A stretch of DNA of 64,000 nt, from NCBI GenBank assembly GCA_034520565.1, contig JAXHNL010000002.1, positions 1,056,001-1,120,000 of the forward strand, read 5' to 3'. Every line of letters starts with the position of its first letter. The first letter of the stretch is position 1. The translations under genes and the position numbers were made by a program. Below are positions 50,994 through 62,927 of the stretch, piece by piece. Origin of the DNA: Halodesulfurarchaeum sp. Lineage in GTDB: Archaea; Halobacteriota; Halobacteria; Halobacteriales; Halobacteriaceae. The notes beneath the pieces were generated by a model. The model had not been told where the DNA came from, made no database searches, and saw nothing but the letters and a program-made list of their open reading frames with translations.

Positions 50994-52455
50994 CTACCCC
51001 TTGATGTTCAGGACGGGGAAGGTGCGAACGACCGGATCACCGATGCCCAGCTCCTTCGAGACGCGGACGACCTCGTCGACGTCCTTGTAGACGCCGGGTG
51101 CCTCTTCGGCGATCGTCGCGCCGCTCTGGGCCCGGACGTAGATCTGGCTCTCGGATTCGAGGGCCTCCTGGACGTCTTCGCCCCAGAACTCCTGTTTGGC
51201 CTGCGTGCGACTCATCAGTCGGCCGGCCCCGTGGGCCGTCGAGCCGAAGGACCGTTCCATGGACGCCTCGCCGCCCCGAAGGACGTAACTTCCGGACCCC
51301 ATCGATCCGGGGATGATGACCGGCTGGCCGACGTCTCGGTATTGCGCGGGGACTTCGGGATGGCCCGGTGGGAAGGCTCTGGTGGCGCCTTTCCGGTGGA
51401 CGTAGACGTCACGCTTGGCTCCCTCGATCTCGTGGGTCTCCTTCTTGCCGATGTTGTGGGCGACGTCGTAGAGCAGTTCCATCCCCAGATCCTGCCAGTC
51501 CGCCTCGAAGACGTCGGCGAAGACCTGTCTGCGTCTGGTAGGCGATCAACTGGCGGTTGACCCACGCGAAGTTGATCGCGGCGTTCATGGCCGCGTAGTA
51601 CTCCTCGGCGAGCGGGCTCCCGGCGGGTGCGGCCGCGAGTTCCCGGTCCGGGAGCGATTCGAGCAGGTCGGCGTGCTCCTGTTCGATCTTCCGGAGATAA
51701 TCCGTACAGACCTGGTGGCCGAGTCCCCGGGAGCCACAGTGGATGAGAACGACCAGTTGTCCCTCCCGTAAGTCGTACGCGTCGGCGACCTGCTCGTCGA
51801 AGACGTCCGTTACCTCTTGGACCTCAAGGAAGTGATTGCCGCTCCCGAGACTCCCGATCTGCTTGCGACCGCGATCCTTGGCCTCCTGGGAGACCGCACT
51901 CGGATCGGCCTCCTCGCGGAAGCCGTTGTCCTCGCAGTGTTCGAGATCAGACTCGACGGCATAGCCCACATCGAGCGCCCATTGCATTCCACGATCGAGG
52001 ATCTCCTCGATCGTCGCTGAGGTCCCCTGGACGACCCCGCCCGCTCCGAGGCCGGAGGGGATGGTCTCGAAGAGCGCGTCGACGAGTTCTTCCTCCTTGC
52101 CCGTGATGTCCTCGCGGGTGAGGTTCGTCCGGAGCATTCGGACGCCGCAATTGATGTCATAGCCGATCGCTCCGGGACTGATGACGCCGTCCTCGGCGTC
52201 GATGGCCGCGACGCCACCGACCGGGAAGCCATAGCCCTGGTGGGCGTCCGGCATGGCGATGGCCGGTTCGTAGATCCCGGGCAGGTGGGTGACGTTTCGC
52301 AGCTGTTCGAGGGTCTTGTCCTCGGCGATCTCTTCGAGCAGCGCCTCGCTGGCGTAGACGCGAGCCCGGACGTTCATGTCGTCCGCCCGAGGAATCTCCC
52401 AGGTGAGCGGGGCGACTCGCTCGAGGGTGATGTCACCGGCTTCGAAAGTCGTCAT
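50994..52455 (-). CDS. rtcB: RNA-splicing ligase RtcB, one extra base near 51530
   Basis: MPDAHQGYGFPVG, GYDINCG, GSLGSGNHF, IHCGSRG; second frame DVAHN, HRKGAT, PGSMG, HGAGR, EEAPGVYK. Confidence 0.94.
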
Positions 52456-52522
52456 GGGAGAACTAACGGGACCGACCTACAAAGGCTTGGCCAGTCGCCG
52501 TTGAAAGGCGATCGGGCCCCGG

Positions 52523-52996
52523 TCAGACGTCGACGACGACGTAGGCGTACCACTCCCCGTTCCGATCCTCGAGTACCATCTCGGAGTACGTGATCGCCTT
52601 GACCTCCCGGGCGGCGACGTCGGCCAGTGGGACCCCGCGGGCCGTCCCTTCGACGACCCACTCCGAGCCGACTTCCCGGACCGTCACTCTGTTCTCGACC
52701 GGGAGCACGTTCTCGACGTCCCGGACGTAAATGAGCCGGTCGAGATAATCGAACAGCGTCGCGGAGAGGCTTTCGGCCCGGACTGTCACCTCGAGTGGGT
52801 CCCCGTGGTCCGGGATCTCGTCGAGATGGGCCGATGCAAGCCCGTCGGCGACCGCCCCGAAGACGCCATCGAGTGTGGGTGCGGTCGCCTCGATGGCCAC
52901 GTCGGCGGTGTGGGATTTGAGTTCGAAGCGGGTCGATCGGGGCGCCAGTCCCGACTCTCGATCCGCATCCCCGTCATGCTCCGACCCGTCGTTCAT
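52523..52996 (-). CDS. Archease (RtcB cofactor)
   Basis: HTADV, EVKAITY, terminal VVDV; adjacent to rtcB. Confidence 0.92.
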   Translation of the reverse strand: MNDGSEHDGDADRESGLAPRSTRFELKSHTADVAIEATAPTLDGVFGAVADGLASAHLDEIPDHGDPLEVTVRAESLSATLFDYLDRLIYVRDVENVLPVENRVTVREVGSEWVVEGTARGVPLADVAAREVKAITYSEMVLEDRNGEWYAYVVVDV

Positions 52997-53053
52997 ACGA
53001 GTACTTCCGTGGTGGCGGTGGTATTATGTTTCGGGACTGGATACTCACGGGTA

Positions 53054-53530
53054 GTGAGTGTCACCCTCGAACGCCGGACGATCCCGCCCGGGGAGGACGA
53101 CCACCTCCAGGAGGCCTGGGATCTGAAAGAGCACATCCGGGACTCGGAGGAACTCCTCAAACAGCGCTGGGGGTTTTTCGCGGACGCCTACCGGAAGGCG
53201 ACCGTTCATGCCTACTTTGACGACGAGACGCTCGTCGGTTTCGCGGCGGCCCGCGGTGACGGCTACATCCTCTTCCTCGGCATCCATCCCGATTACCGGG
53301 GCCGCGGACTGGGCGAACGGCTCATCGCGGCCATCGCCGAGAACTCGAATGGCGTCTCGTGTCACGCACGTGTGAGCAATCAGAACGCCCTCGCCTTCTA
53401 CGACCACCTCGGCTTCGAGACCGTCAGACGGATCGAGGACTACTACGAGGACGGCGTGGACGCATACTACCTCCGGCTCGGGGACAGCGACCGGCTGATC
53501 GAGCGACTGACTGAACTGTTGGGTCGATAG
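53054..53530 (+). CDS. GNAT acetyltransferase (RimI-like)
   Basis: IHPDYRGRGLG, NQNALAFYDHLGF, YYEDGVDAY; GTG start inferred. Confidence 0.88.
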   Translation: MSVTLERRTIPPGEDDHLQEAWDLKEHIRDSEELLKQRWGFFADAYRKATVHAYFDDETLVGFAAARGDGYILFLGIHPDYRGRGLGERLIAAIAENSNGVSCHARVSNQNALAFYDHLGFETVRRIEDYYEDGVDAYYLRLGDSDRLIERLTELLGR

Positions 53531-53595
53531 TTTCCCGGGACGTGGACGAACCGGGGACGAAACCTCTTATACGGGGCGGGACTACGGATCTGGCA

Positions 53596-54771
53596 ATGGA
53601 GGAGCGCACGCGGTCGTACCTCCGGGGGCGGTTCCGTGACTTCTATCGCCGGAATTCGCCGGTCGAACCCCCGGACGCCACGGCCCGCGAGTGGGGGTAC
53701 ATCCCCTGGAAGGGCGGGTCGGGGACGACGATGATCCGTCACCGGTCGGTCCACGACCTGGGTTCGCTCGACGCGTTTCTCGAGCGCGAGCGCCCCCGCC
53801 ACGTCTACTTTTCTGCGGGTCGGTACGAGGATCCGAGCGCCCGGTCGATGGACGGGAAAGGCTGGCTGGGGTCGGACCTGGTCTTCGACCTCGATGCCGA
53901 TCACCTCCCCGAGGTGAACCCACAGGACGACTCCTACGCGGAGATGCTCGCAGCGTGCAAGGACGCCCTCCTGCGACTGCTCGACCTGCTCGAACGGGAC
54001 TTCGGGTTCGAGGACCTCTCGATCACGTTCTCCGGCGGCCGGGGGTATCACGTCCACGTCAGGGACCCGTCGATCCAGTCTCTCGATCGGGAACAGCGCC
54101 GCGAGGTCGTCGAGTACGTCCGGGGAAGCGGGCTCTCCCTCGAGTCGCTGCTCACCGAGGAGCCCGTGGCCGGGATGGGCCGGAAAACACCGACTGCCCG
54201 CCGCTCGCTACCCACGAGTGGGGGATGGGGTCGTCGTGTGGTCTCCCGGGTCCAGGCACTGACCGAGGAACTGCTCGAACTGGACGAGGAACAGGCTATC
54301 GACCGACTCACCGACTTCGCCGGCGTCGGCGAGACGAAAGCCGCGGCGGTCCTGTCAGTGGTCAAACGAAACACCGACGCCGTCATGGCCGGGAACGTGG
54401 ACGTCCATCCGGCCTTTCTCCCGGTGGTTCGCGCGATGGTCGAGAAAACCGTGGAAACCGACGCCTCGGCGATCGACGAACCGGTCACGACGGACACCCA
54501 TCGACTGATCCGACTCCCGGGATCGTTGCACGGGGGGAGTGGTCTGCGGGTCGTCCCGCTCGATCGGGCGGACGTGGCGGACTTCGATCCACTGAGCGAG
54601 GCGATCCCCGAGACCTTCCGGGGACACGAGATCGAGGTTGAAGTGACGGAACCCCGAACGGTCGAACTCGACGGGGAAAGCCTTAGTGTGCGCCCGGGCT
54701 ACCACGAACTACCTGAATACGCGGGCATCTACCTGATGGCCCGCGGATGGGCCGAGAAGGCCCAGGAGTAA
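53596..54771 (+). CDS. priS: DNA primase small (catalytic) subunit
   Basis: REWG, DLVFDLDAD, FSGGRGYHV, IDEPVTTD.HRLIRLPGSLH. Confidence 0.95.
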   Translation: MEERTRSYLRGRFRDFYRRNSPVEPPDATAREWGYIPWKGGSGTTMIRHRSVHDLGSLDAFLERERPRHVYFSAGRYEDPSARSMDGKGWLGSDLVFDLDADHLPEVNPQDDSYAEMLAACKDALLRLLDLLERDFGFEDLSITFSGGRGYHVHVRDPSIQSLDREQRREVVEYVRGSGLSLESLLTEEPVAGMGRKTPTARRSLPTSGGWGRRVVSRVQALTEELLELDEEQAIDRLTDFAGVGETKAAAVLSVVKRNTDAVMAGNVDVHPAFLPVVRAMVEKTVETDASAIDEPVTTDTHRLIRLPGSLHGGSGLRVVPLDRADVADFDPLSEAIPETFRGHEIEVEVTEPRTVELDGESLSVRPGYHELPEYAGIYLMARGWAEKAQE

Positions 54772-54773
54772 TC

Positions 54774-55532
54774 ATGGATCTATCGGAGCTACGCCGGGTA
54801 CAACGAAAGGAGCGATCGACCGACAGCCTCCAGGAGCTCCGGGAATCCTTCTACGCCGATGTCGCCGAATACGTCCAGTCGCTGCGCGAGGAGCGATCCG
54901 CGGCCGCTGCGGAAGCCGAAGACCCGTTCCGGTCCACGAAGGTGACTGACCTCTCGAAGGAAATCGAGACGGCAGAACACATCGCCGAGGCGGTCTATCA
55001 GCGCCGGATCGGGAAACTGGTCGACGAGGCCAGTCTCTCGGCGACGGGATCCGGCGGGGTGAAATCGGGCCTCACCGCCGAAGAGCAGGACCTGTACGAC
55101 GATCTCGTCGCTCGCATCGAGGAGAACATGGCCGACGTCCTCGATCAGTTCGCGGGAGGACGCCCCTCGGGTGACGGGAGCGAGGACGATCCGACAGGTT
55201 CTCGATCGATGGCGCAATCGTTCGGTTCCGGATCGACCGAGACGGCCGATGACACCGCGACCGAGACGGAATCCGATTCGAACGGGGGGTCGAACCCCGC
55301 AGACGTGATGGGTCCAGACATCGAGAACGACGAGGGGCCAGACGAGTCCGGGCAAACAGCGGACACGGGGGACGACGTCGACCGGACGACGGTCAGGATG
55401 ACGACCGACGTGGGCGAAATTTTCGGCGTCGATGCCGAGTCCTATGACCTCCAGCGCGACGACATCGTCGACCTGCCGACGGAAAACGCCGACCCGCTAC
55501 TCGACCGGGACGCCGCAGAGCGGATCGACTGA
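54774..55532 (+). CDS. ginS: DNA replication factor GINS
   Basis: LQELRESFY, RRIGKLV, LTAEE, C-terminal B domain (GVD...YDL...DIVDLP..NA); follows priS as in other haloarchaea. Confidence 0.85.
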   Translation: MDLSELRRVQRKERSTDSLQELRESFYADVAEYVQSLREERSAAAAEAEDPFRSTKVTDLSKEIETAEHIAEAVYQRRIGKLVDEASLSATGSGGVKSGLTAEEQDLYDDLVARIEENMADVLDQFAGGRPSGDGSEDDPTGSRSMAQSFGSGSTETADDTATETESDSNGGSNPADVMGPDIENDEGPDESGQTADTGDDVDRTTVRMTTDVGEIFGVDAESYDLQRDDIVDLPTENADPLLDRDAAERID

Positions 55533-55569
55533 AGTACGGAGACTCGGCGTGGAAAAAAACGTCGCGTCG

Positions 55570-57858
55570 CTACTGGAACGTCCGACCGAACTTCTCGTCG
55601 GTCGCCCCCTCGGGGTCCTGCCGGGCCGTATCGAAGTGCTCCTCGAGTTCCTCATAGCGGCGTTTGACCTCCTCGTCGATCGACGGGGAAACTTCCCTGA
55701 GGGCGTGCTCGAAGTGCTCGGCGGTCACACGAACGTTTCCGGCACTCTCGGTGGCTTCTGCTGGATCGACGCTGTTGATGAACTCCCTGGTCGCCTGCAT
55801 GGTTGCCTCGCGACAGACGGCCTCGATGTCCGCACCGACGTAGTTCTCGGTCCGTGCGGCGAGGTCGTCGAGGTCCACGCTGTCGGCCAGGGGTTTGTGC
55901 TCGGTGTGGACCTCGAAGATGGCACGCCGTGCCTCCTCGTCGGGAATCGGGACGTGGATGTGCCGGTCGAGTCGACCGGGCCGGATCAGGGCGTCGTCGA
56001 TCAGGTCCGGACGGTTCGTCGTGGCGATGACGACGACGTCCTCGAGGGATTCGATGCCGTCGAGTTCGCTCAACAGCTGTGAGACGACCCGTTCGCCGAC
56101 GCCGGAGTCGCCCATCTGGCGGCCCCGTTTGCCGGCGATCGCGTCGATCTCGTCGAAGAAGATCACGGCCGGCGCGTTCTGGCGGGCTTTCTCGAAGATC
56201 TCACGCACGCCTTTCTCGCTTTCCCCGACGTACTTGTTGAGGAGTTCGGGTCCCTTCACCGAGATGAAGTTGTTCTTGGCCTCGTTGGCCACGGCCTTCG
56301 CGAGCAGCGTCTTCCCGGTTCCCGGCGGGCCGTAGAGCAGGATGCCGCGGGGCGATTCGAGGTCCATCTGCTTGAAGACCTCCGGGAACTCGAGGGGCCA
56401 CTGAACGGTCTCGCGGAGCCGCTCTTTCGTCTCCTCGAGTCCGCCGACGTTTTCCCAGGTGACGTCCGGGATCTCGACGAAGACCTCCCGGAGTCCGGAG
56501 GGGGTGATCCCCTTCATGGCATCCCTGAAGTCGTCGTCGAGAACGGTGAGATCCTCCAGAATCTCGGCGTCGATCTCGTCGGCCTCGAGATCGATCTGCG
56601 GGCGGATGCGCCGCAGCGCGTTCATGGCGGCTTCTTTCGCGAGTTGCTCGATGTCGGCGCCCACGTAGCCGTGGGTGTTCTCCGCGTACTCGTCGATGTC
56701 GATGGCATCGGCGAGGGGCATCCCGCGGGTGTGAACCTGGAAGATCTCCTTTCGACCCTCCCGGTCCGGCACGCCGACTTCGATCTCCCGGTCGAACCGC
56801 CCGCCGCGTCGAAGCGCCGGATCAATGGCGTCGACGCGGTTCGAGGCCGCAATGACGACCACGTCGCCCCGTTCTTCGAGCCCGTCCATAAGCGAGAGCA
56901 GTTGGGCGACGACTCGCCGTTCGACGTCCCCTGAAGTCTCTCCGCGCTTCGGAGCGATCGAGTCGATCTCGTCGATGAAGATCACCGCCGGGGCCTGCTC
57001 CTCGGCCTCTTCGAAGACTTCCCGGAGCTGTTCCTCGCTCTCGCCGTAGTACTTCGACATGATCTCCGGCCCGGAGATCGTCTGGAAGTGGGCGTCGATC
57101 TCGCTCGCGACTGCCTTGGCGATGAGCGTCTTTCCCGTCCCGGGCGGGCCGTGCAGGAGCACCCCTTTGGGGGGTTCGATGCCGAGTTGCTGGAAGAGTT
57201 CGGGGTGGCGCATCGGCAGTTCGATCATCTCCCGGACCTGCTCGAGTTCGTCGTCGAGGCCGCCGATGTCCTCGTAGGTGATCGACGGGGTTTGCGTCTC
57301 CGGTTGTCCGGTGCCGACCCCGATCTCTTCGGCCGGTTTTTCGCTGACGTGGATCTCCGTGGAATCGGTCACCACGACGGTTCCGTCAGGCTCGGTGTCC
57401 GCGATTTTCAGCGGGATCTGCTGGCCGGAGACCGCCGCCATCCCACCGAGACCGAGCGAGACGTGGACGGTTTGTCCGGTCGTGACCGGGCGGCCCGAGA
57501 GCTTCTCGCGGATCATCGGTTCGACGTTCCCGCGAATCCGCAGGTTCTGTGGCAGTGCGATCGTCACCGACGTGGCCGGTTTGATGTCCGCCTTGGTGAT
57601 CACCACGCGGTCCTCGATGCCGACGTTTGCCTCCTGGCGGAGTCGTCCGTCGATGCGGATCACGCTCCCGCCCTCGTCCTCCGGATAACCCGGCCAGACC
57701 CGCGCGACGGCTCGACCCTGATTGGGTCCCTCGATGACGATGTAATCGCCGTTCTCGAGGTCCAGCTCCTCCATCGCCCGTCTGTCGATTGCCGCCAGTC
57801 CCCGTCCCGCGTGCTTCTGTTTGAGGGGTTTGACGACGAGTTTGAGCCGTTCGCTCAT
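55570..57858 (-). CDS. cdc48: CDC48/p97-family AAA+ ATPase
   Basis: N domain plus two AAA modules (GPPGTGKT twice, [23 protein letters not shown]). Confidence 0.95.
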   Translation of the reverse strand: MSERLKLVVKPLKQKHAGRGLAAIDRRAMEELDLENGDYIVIEGPNQGRAVARVWPGYPEDEGGSVIRIDGRLRQEANVGIEDRVVITKADIKPATSVTIALPQNLRIRGNVEPMIREKLSGRPVTTGQTVHVSLGLGGMAAVSGQQIPLKIADTEPDGTVVVTDSTEIHVSEKPAEEIGVGTGQPETQTPSITYEDIGGLDDELEQVREMIELPMRHPELFQQLGIEPPKGVLLHGPPGTGKTLIAKAVASEIDAHFQTISGPEIMSKYYGESEEQLREVFEEAEEQAPAVIFIDEIDSIAPKRGETSGDVERRVVAQLLSLMDGLEERGDVVVIAASNRVDAIDPALRRGGRFDREIEVGVPDREGRKEIFQVHTRGMPLADAIDIDEYAENTHGYVGADIEQLAKEAAMNALRRIRPQIDLEADEIDAEILEDLTVLDDDFRDAMKGITPSGLREVFVEIPDVTWENVGGLEETKERLRETVQWPLEFPEVFKQMDLESPRGILLYGPPGTGKTLLAKAVANEAKNNFISVKGPELLNKYVGESEKGVREIFEKARQNAPAVIFFDEIDAIAGKRGRQMGDSGVGERVVSQLLSELDGIESLEDVVVIATTNRPDLIDDALIRPGRLDRHIHVPIPDEEARRAIFEVHTEHKPLADSVDLDDLAARTENYVGADIEAVCREATMQATREFINSVDPAEATESAGNVRVTAEHFEHALREVSPSIDEEVKRRYEELEEHFDTARQDPEGATDEKFGRTFQ

Positions 57859-58106
57859 GCTTCGTTCACCTCGATAGTGAGGACGCCGTTCGTGATAAAC
57901 GTGTTCGCGACCCCGCTTTCCGGAAGGTCCATCTCGAACTGTGAGGTCCGCTCACCGTTCTCCAAGACCACGATCGCGACGTCTTCGAGGACGTCGACCG
58001 TGGCGTCTCGAGCTCCTGCTCCGAGGTCGGCGACGATTCGCATTCCGCTTTCGGTCCTCTCCCGGAAGACCGGGACGTCCGACATTCGTGTCGCATTCGT
58101 GTCCAT
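57855..58106 (-). CDS. Small Hsp20-like protein upstream of cdc48
   Basis: IVADLG, NGVLTI alpha-crystallin-like end; ATGA-coupled to cdc48; TTTTATAT box on the minus strand about 30 bp upstream. Confidence 0.72.
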   Translation of the reverse strand: MDTNATRMSDVPVFRERTESGMRIVADLGAGARDATVDVLEDVAIVVLENGERTSQFEMDLPESGVANTFITNGVLTIEVNEA

Positions 58107-58232
58107 GTTACTAACTCCGAGTAATCCATTCATCTATATAAAACTGTTGCTATCAAACCCACGGAAGGCGACAGGGTTGGAATTAGTAGTGGGGTTGTGA
58201 TTCGGCTCGTGAACCCCTCCTGTGTCTCCCCG

Positions 58233-59010
58233 CTACTCTCGAGGGAATTCGCCACGCTCGACCGCCGCTCGATATGTTTCGACCGCGTTCCGCATTTCGC
58301 CGGCCACGTCCCCGAACTGCTTGGCGAATGGTGGTGGGTTCCGATCGGTCAAACCGAGCACGTCAGCCAGCACCAGCACCTGCCCGTCGGTAGCCGGTCC
58401 GGCGCCGATTCCGACGGTTGGGACGTCGAGGGCCTCCGTGACGGCTGTCCCGACGGACGCGGGAACGTGTTCGACGACGACCGCGAAGGCACCCGCCTTC
58501 TGGTGGTCGACAGCGATTCGTTCGATTTCGGCCGCTTCCTCCGGGGTGGTGCCTGCCTTCCCCAGCCCGCCTTCTTGATGGGTGTGTTGTGGTCGCGTAC
58601 CCACGTGAGCCATCACCGGAATTCCCATCTCGGTCAGCCGCTCGGTGAGTGTGACGGTATGGGGACCGCTCTCCAGTTTGACGGCGTCGGCGCCTGCCTC
58701 CTTGATCATTCGCCCGCAGTTCTGGATACTCGCTCCGGTCTCCCCTCCGTAGGAGAGGAACGGCATGTCGGCGACGACCGGGACGTCCTCCGTCGCCCGG
58801 ACGACGGCAGCGGTGTGACTCTCCATCTCCTCGAGTGTGACCGGGATCGTTGAATCGTATCCGCAGAATCGAGTTGCCGAGACTGTCGCCGACGAGAATC
58901 ACGTCGATTCCGCTTTGCTCGACGACTCGGGCCGTCGGGGCGTCGTAGGCGGTGAGCATCGTGAGTGGTCGCTCACCGGGCCAGTTCCGCAGGTCCGCTA
59001 CGGTGGACAT
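58233..59010 (-). CDS. panB: 3-methyl-2-oxobutanoate hydroxymethyltransferase, one extra base near 58863
   Basis: [14 protein letters not shown] in one frame; VADMPF, AVKLE, MAHVG, IGAG...DGQVLV in the next. Confidence 0.93.
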
Positions 59011-59047
59011 ACCGCTCACTCCGGGCCGGACCCGCTTAAAAACACGC

Positions 59048-59241
59048 TCACTCGAGCCGGGACAACGCGTCCGCGACGTCGAATGACTCGGTCCGTTCTT
59101 TGCCTTCCTCGCCCCGTTCGACGTCCTCCTGCTCCTCGTCGATTTCGACGTCCGGTCCGCCGTCGTCGGTGTACTCGCTGTGGACGCCCCAGGGCATCAG
59201 CGCCACCTCGGCGAGTCAGGTGTTCCGTTCTGTTCGTACAT
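59048..59241 (-). CDS. Small acidic hypothetical protein (about 64 aa), probable single-base deletion near 59209
   Basis: Manual translation [11 protein letters not shown]|[53 protein letters not shown]. Confidence 0.5.
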
Positions 59242-59262
59242 GCCCGTTCCTTCGCGAGGGGG

Positions 59263-60459
59263 TTATATTCCGCTTTCGGCCAGTTCGGCGAGGAAGTCTC
59301 GAACGGTTTCGGTCGAGGCATCGAGACCACCGCCCTGTGCGAAGGTGGGGCCACCTCCTCCACCGCCACCGAACTCCTCGGTGACCGCTTTTATGATCTC
59401 GCTGGCGTCGACCGAGCCGTCCGTCGCGACGACCACGAACGGGCGTCCGTCCCCGCCAGTTACAGCGATGACCGGTGTCTCCTCTTCGAGAAGCTCCTGG
59501 GCCTGCTCGCCTACTTCGTTGGCGTCGTACCCGTCGAGGACGCCGATTTGCCAGTCGCCGATGGTTTCCATGGCCCGCAACTCGTCGGCGAGCGCGGCGG
59601 TTTTGAACGACTCGAGTTCGCTTTCGAGTGTGTCGACTTCCGACTGGAGGCGCCTGACCTCCGCCGGCAGATCTTCGACCTGCGTGCCGATTTCCGCGGC
59701 GGCACGCCTGAGCGCGCTTTCCTCGATGGCCCGCCGTTCGATACCCGACGGCCCGACCGCGAATTCGACCCGCGTCAGCCCCTCGCCCGGGTTCGAGCGG
59801 TCGAGCACCGTGACTGGCCCGACCTCCCGCGTGTTCGAGACGTGGGTCCCCCCGCAGGCTCCGACGTCCCATCCGTCCACGGTCACGACTCGGACGGTGT
59901 CAGCGTCGGCCATGACGCCCTCCTCGGTGGCGGTGTTAAAGGCGATGTCATCGAGTTCGAGGGCCTCCTCCCGGGGCAATTCCTCCCAGGTAACCTCGCG
60001 TGAGTCCCAGATCGCCCGGTTGGTCTGCCGCTCGAGTTCGACGAGCAGGTCGTCGTCGACGTCCGTCGAGGTCTCGAAGTCCACGCGGACCTTTTCGTCT
60101 GCAATGTCGAAGCCTCCATAGCCGATGTTCTCGAACACACGACGCCCGGCCCCGTAGAGGACGTGACTGGCAGTGTGGGCTCGCATCGCGTAGGTGCGGA
60201 AGTCCCGGTCGATGACTGCCCCGATCGTCTCATCTATCTCGAAAGCGGGCTCGGCATCCAGGGTATGGATCACCTCGCCGTTTCTGGACTGTACGTCAGT
60301 GACCGGGATCCCCTCGATCGTCCCGCGATCAGCCGGTTGCCCACCGCCTTCCGGGTAGAAATAGGTCCCGGAGAGCCGGACGTCCGTGCCCTCGATTGCC
60401 TCGACGGTCGCTTCGAATTGCGTGATGTAGGGTTCATTCGGGCCTCGTGAGCCTGCCAT
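59263..60459 (-). CDS. Free-standing alanyl-tRNA editing protein (AlaX with C-terminal DHHA1 domain)
   Basis: FYPEGGGQPADRG, HTASH, CGGTH zinc motifs, GGGGGG..FAQGG; no aminoacylation domain. Confidence 0.88.
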   Translation of the reverse strand: MAGSRGPNEPYITQFEATVEAIEGTDVRLSGTYFYPEGGGQPADRGTIEGIPVTDVQSRNGEVIHTLDAEPAFEIDETIGAVIDRDFRTYAMRAHTASHVLYGAGRRVFENIGYGGFDIADEKVRVDFETSTDVDDDLLVELERQTNRAIWDSREVTWEELPREEALELDDIAFNTATEEGVMADADTVRVVTVDGWDVGACGGTHVSNTREVGPVTVLDRSNPGEGLTRVEFAVGPSGIERRAIEESALRRAAAEIGTQVEDLPAEVRRLQSEVDTLESELESFKTAALADELRAMETIGDWQIGVLDGYDANEVGEQAQELLEEETPVIAVTGGDGRPFVVVATDGSVDASEIIKAVTEEFGGGGGGGPTFAQGGGLDASTETVRDFLAELAESGI

Positions 60460-60506
60460 TACAGTGGCGAAGCCGACGATTCGTAAAAAACGGGTCGGTC
60501 GCCGAT

Positions 60507-61019
60507 TCACTCCTCGATCAGGTCCACGTCCAGCTCGGTCTCAAGTGCGCGGATCACCGAACCGCCAACCGAGGCCGAGGTCGCCCGCCCCTGTTCGACG
60601 GCGAGGAGATCGTTTTCGTCGATGCCGAGTTCGGCCGCGAGTTCCTCGCGCTGGTATCCCGCATCTTGTCGGGCCGCGAGAGCGCGTTCGCCGTAATCGG
60701 CGACGAGATAGGGGAGCCGGTCGGCCTCGTAGTCGGTCCCCTCCTTCTCCCAGTGGGTGGAATCCCCGGAGACGGCGTCCAAGGCCTTCGCCGTGTTCCG
60801 GGCGGCCCGCTTTCCTCGCGGTTCTCGGCCGTCAGCTCCACCGCCGCCGGAACTCGATCCCCGGCCCGTCCCTTCACCGAGGGACGAACAGTCCGAACAG
60901 ACCGAGAGCGTGGCCCCCTCCACGGTCACCCGCTCGAGGTCGTCGGTGGCGGTCCCGCAGAGTTCACAGGTCCCGCCTTCGCCACCGCGGTCAGTGCCGC
61001 CGGTGGAATATTTCGCCAT
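60507..61019 (-). CDS. Archaeal multiprotein bridging factor 1 family (Zn ribbon + HTH)
   Basis: CELCG...VCSDC, LVADYG, QREELAAELG HTH. Confidence 0.88.
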   Translation of the reverse strand: MAKYSTGGTDRGGEGGTCELCGTATDDLERVTVEGATLSVCSDCSSLGEGTGRGSSSGGGGADGREPRGKRAARNTAKALDAVSGDSTHWEKEGTDYEADRLPYLVADYGERALAARQDAGYQREELAAELGIDENDLLAVEQGRATSASVGGSVIRALETELDVDLIEE

Positions 61020-61064
61020 ACTCCCCCGTATAGGGCCTGTCCATTTCAATAACCCGCTTGGGAG

Positions 61065-62927
61065 CTACTCGCCGCCGCTCCCGTCAGTCGCAAACTCGAA
61101 TCCCGTCGAAGTGTTCCCGGCGGTCATCTCCCGTGTCGTCGACGGCCCGTCATCGGCGTCTCTGGCTCCGGCCTCGAACTCGAAATCGCCCGCGACGGCC
61201 GTCGTTTTCGAATTCGACCGGGACCGGCGGTCCGCCCTCCCTCCGGCTGCGGCCCGCACTTCGAACTGCGAGAGCTTCGCTTCCAGGCTCTCGGCGTTCT
61301 CGGCCAGGTTGCTCGTGTTCTTTGCCACCTCGTTGAGCGTCGCGGCTTGCTCCTCAGCCGCGGCGGCGACCGTCTGGGATTCGGCCGCAGTCTGGTCGCT
61401 GATCGCCGCGATGTCCTCGATCATGGCCACGACGTCCTGCATCGACTCGGCCTGTTCGGCAGTCGCGTCGTTGACCTCCTCGATGGAGGTGTTGATCTCC
61501 GAGACGTTCTCGGCCATTTCCTCGAAGGCATCCGTCGCGGTTTCGACGGTGTCGGCTCCGATTTCGACCCGCTCGTCCATCTCCTTGATCTCTTTGACGG
61601 TCTGTTCGGACTGCTCCTGCACTTCGGTGATCAGGGCCTCGATCTCCTCGGCGGACTCCTTGGTCTCCTGGGCCAGGGACTTGACCTCCTCGGCGACGAC
61701 GGCAAAGCCATCGCCGCTCGCGTCGGCCCGGGCCGCCTCGATGCCGGCGTTGAGCGCGAGGATGTTCGTCTGGTCGGCGATGTCGAGGATGACGTCGGTG
61801 ATGTTGCCGATCTCTTCGAGGGTCTCGTTGAGTTCGCCCACGGCCGCGGTCACCGACGCACTCCGCTCCCGGAGCGTCTCCATCTCGGTTTCGGCCTTTT
61901 CGGCGGCGTCACGGCCAGCTTCGCCCACCTCAGCGGTCTGGTTGGTGAGCTGGGCGACGTTGTCCGAGGAGGCGGTGATCTCCTGGATCGTCGCCGAGAG
62001 GTTCTCGGACTCGTTCGAGGCCTCGTCCAGGCGGCGGCTCTCTTGATCGACACCGGCGGAGATCTCCTGGACGGACTCGCTGATGTCCTCGCTCGCGTTT
62101 TTGACCTCGGCGGCGTTGGTCTCAACGCCCTTGCTCTCATCGGCGACCTCCTCGGCGAACGAGATGAGATCTTGCATCATCTCCTCCCACTCGTCCAGGG
62201 TCTCGTTCAGCGACTGTCCGACCGCGGCCATGGCTTCGTGGTCAGTGTTCGTGTCCAGTCGCTGGGTGAGATCTCCGTCGCCGATTCTGGCGATGGTCCG
62301 CCGGTAGGACTCGGCGGTGTCGGTCAATTCGGCGTTCCGGCGCTCGATGGTCTCCCGTTCTGCCTGAAGGTCCTCGATCCGCTGTTCGAGGTTCTCCTCC
62401 ATCTGGCTCAGTGCCGTTCCGAAGCTTCCCGGTACGTCCTCGTTCAGGACCTCCGCGTCGAATTTCTCGTTGCTCAGGGCGTCTGCCTGCGAACTGACCG
62501 TTTCGAGGGAGGCGTTCATTCGGTCGAACGCGCGAACGAGGTCGCCGATCTCGTCGCGCTGTTCGGTTTCGGGAACCGTCTCGTCGAGTTCGCCCTCGGC
62601 GATCGACTCGGCGACCGTCTTCATCTCCTGAATCGGCGTGACGAAATCACGTTTGAGAATCAGGATGGTGTTCAACAGTGCGCCGACGGCCAGGACGAAC
62701 ACGACGCCGAAGACGGCCATTTCGGCCGTCGAGAATACCTCCCGGAACGTCTGGAATCCCAACAGCGCGACCCCGAGCACGAAGATCGAGACGATGGCCC
62801 CGAACTGGAGGAGCGTCGCCATCAGCATCTTGCGCTCGACGGTCTTTGTCACGCCGAGGGCGTCCATGACGCCCCAGAGCAGCCGTTCGTAGTGCCCCAT
62901 CAAACCGCGGGTTTTCTCTGTGGGCAT
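61065..62927 (-). CDS. Methyl-accepting chemotaxis transducer (2 TM, HAMP domains, no large external sensor)
   Basis: Two adjacent TM helices, [37 protein letters not shown]...[13 protein letters not shown] signalling hairpin. Confidence 0.93.
   Translation of the reverse strand: MPTEKTRGLMGHYERLLWGVMDALGVTKTVERKMLMATLLQFGAIVSIFVLGVALLGFQTFREVFSTAEMAVFGVVFVLAVGALLNTILILKRDFVTPIQEMKTVAESIAEGELDETVPETEQRDEIGDLVRAFDRMNASLETVSSQADALSNEKFDAEVLNEDVPGSFGTALSQMEENLEQRIEDLQAERETIERRNAELTDTAESYRRTIARIGDGDLTQRLDTNTDHEAMAAVGQSLNETLDEWEEMMQDLISFAEEVADESKGVETNAAEVKNASEDISESVQEISAGVDQESRRLDEASNESENLSATIQEITASSDNVAQLTNQTAEVGEAGRDAAEKAETEMETLRERSASVTAAVGELNETLEEIGNITDVILDIADQTNILALNAGIEAARADASGDGFAVVAEEVKSLAQETKESAEEIEALITEVQEQSEQTVKEIKEMDERVEIGADTVETATDAFEEMAENVSEINTSIEEVNDATAEQAESMQDVVAMIEDIAAISDQTAAESQTVAAAAEEQAATLNEVAKNTSNLAENAESLEAKLSQFEVRAAAGGRADRRSRSNSKTTAVAGDFEFEAGARDADDGPSTTREMTAGNTSTGFEFATDGSGGE

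Noticed and set aside
50994-52455. Programmed frameshifting or split genes in rtcB, panB and maeB
   Set aside because: No slippery heptamer is evident at the breaks and similar indels are scattered through the window; sequencing error is the simpler explanation.
50098-55532. rtcB-archease next to priS-GINS as a novel RNA-repair/replication system
   Set aside because: Both pairings are established archaeal gene neighbourhoods, and the two pairs are transcribed divergently.
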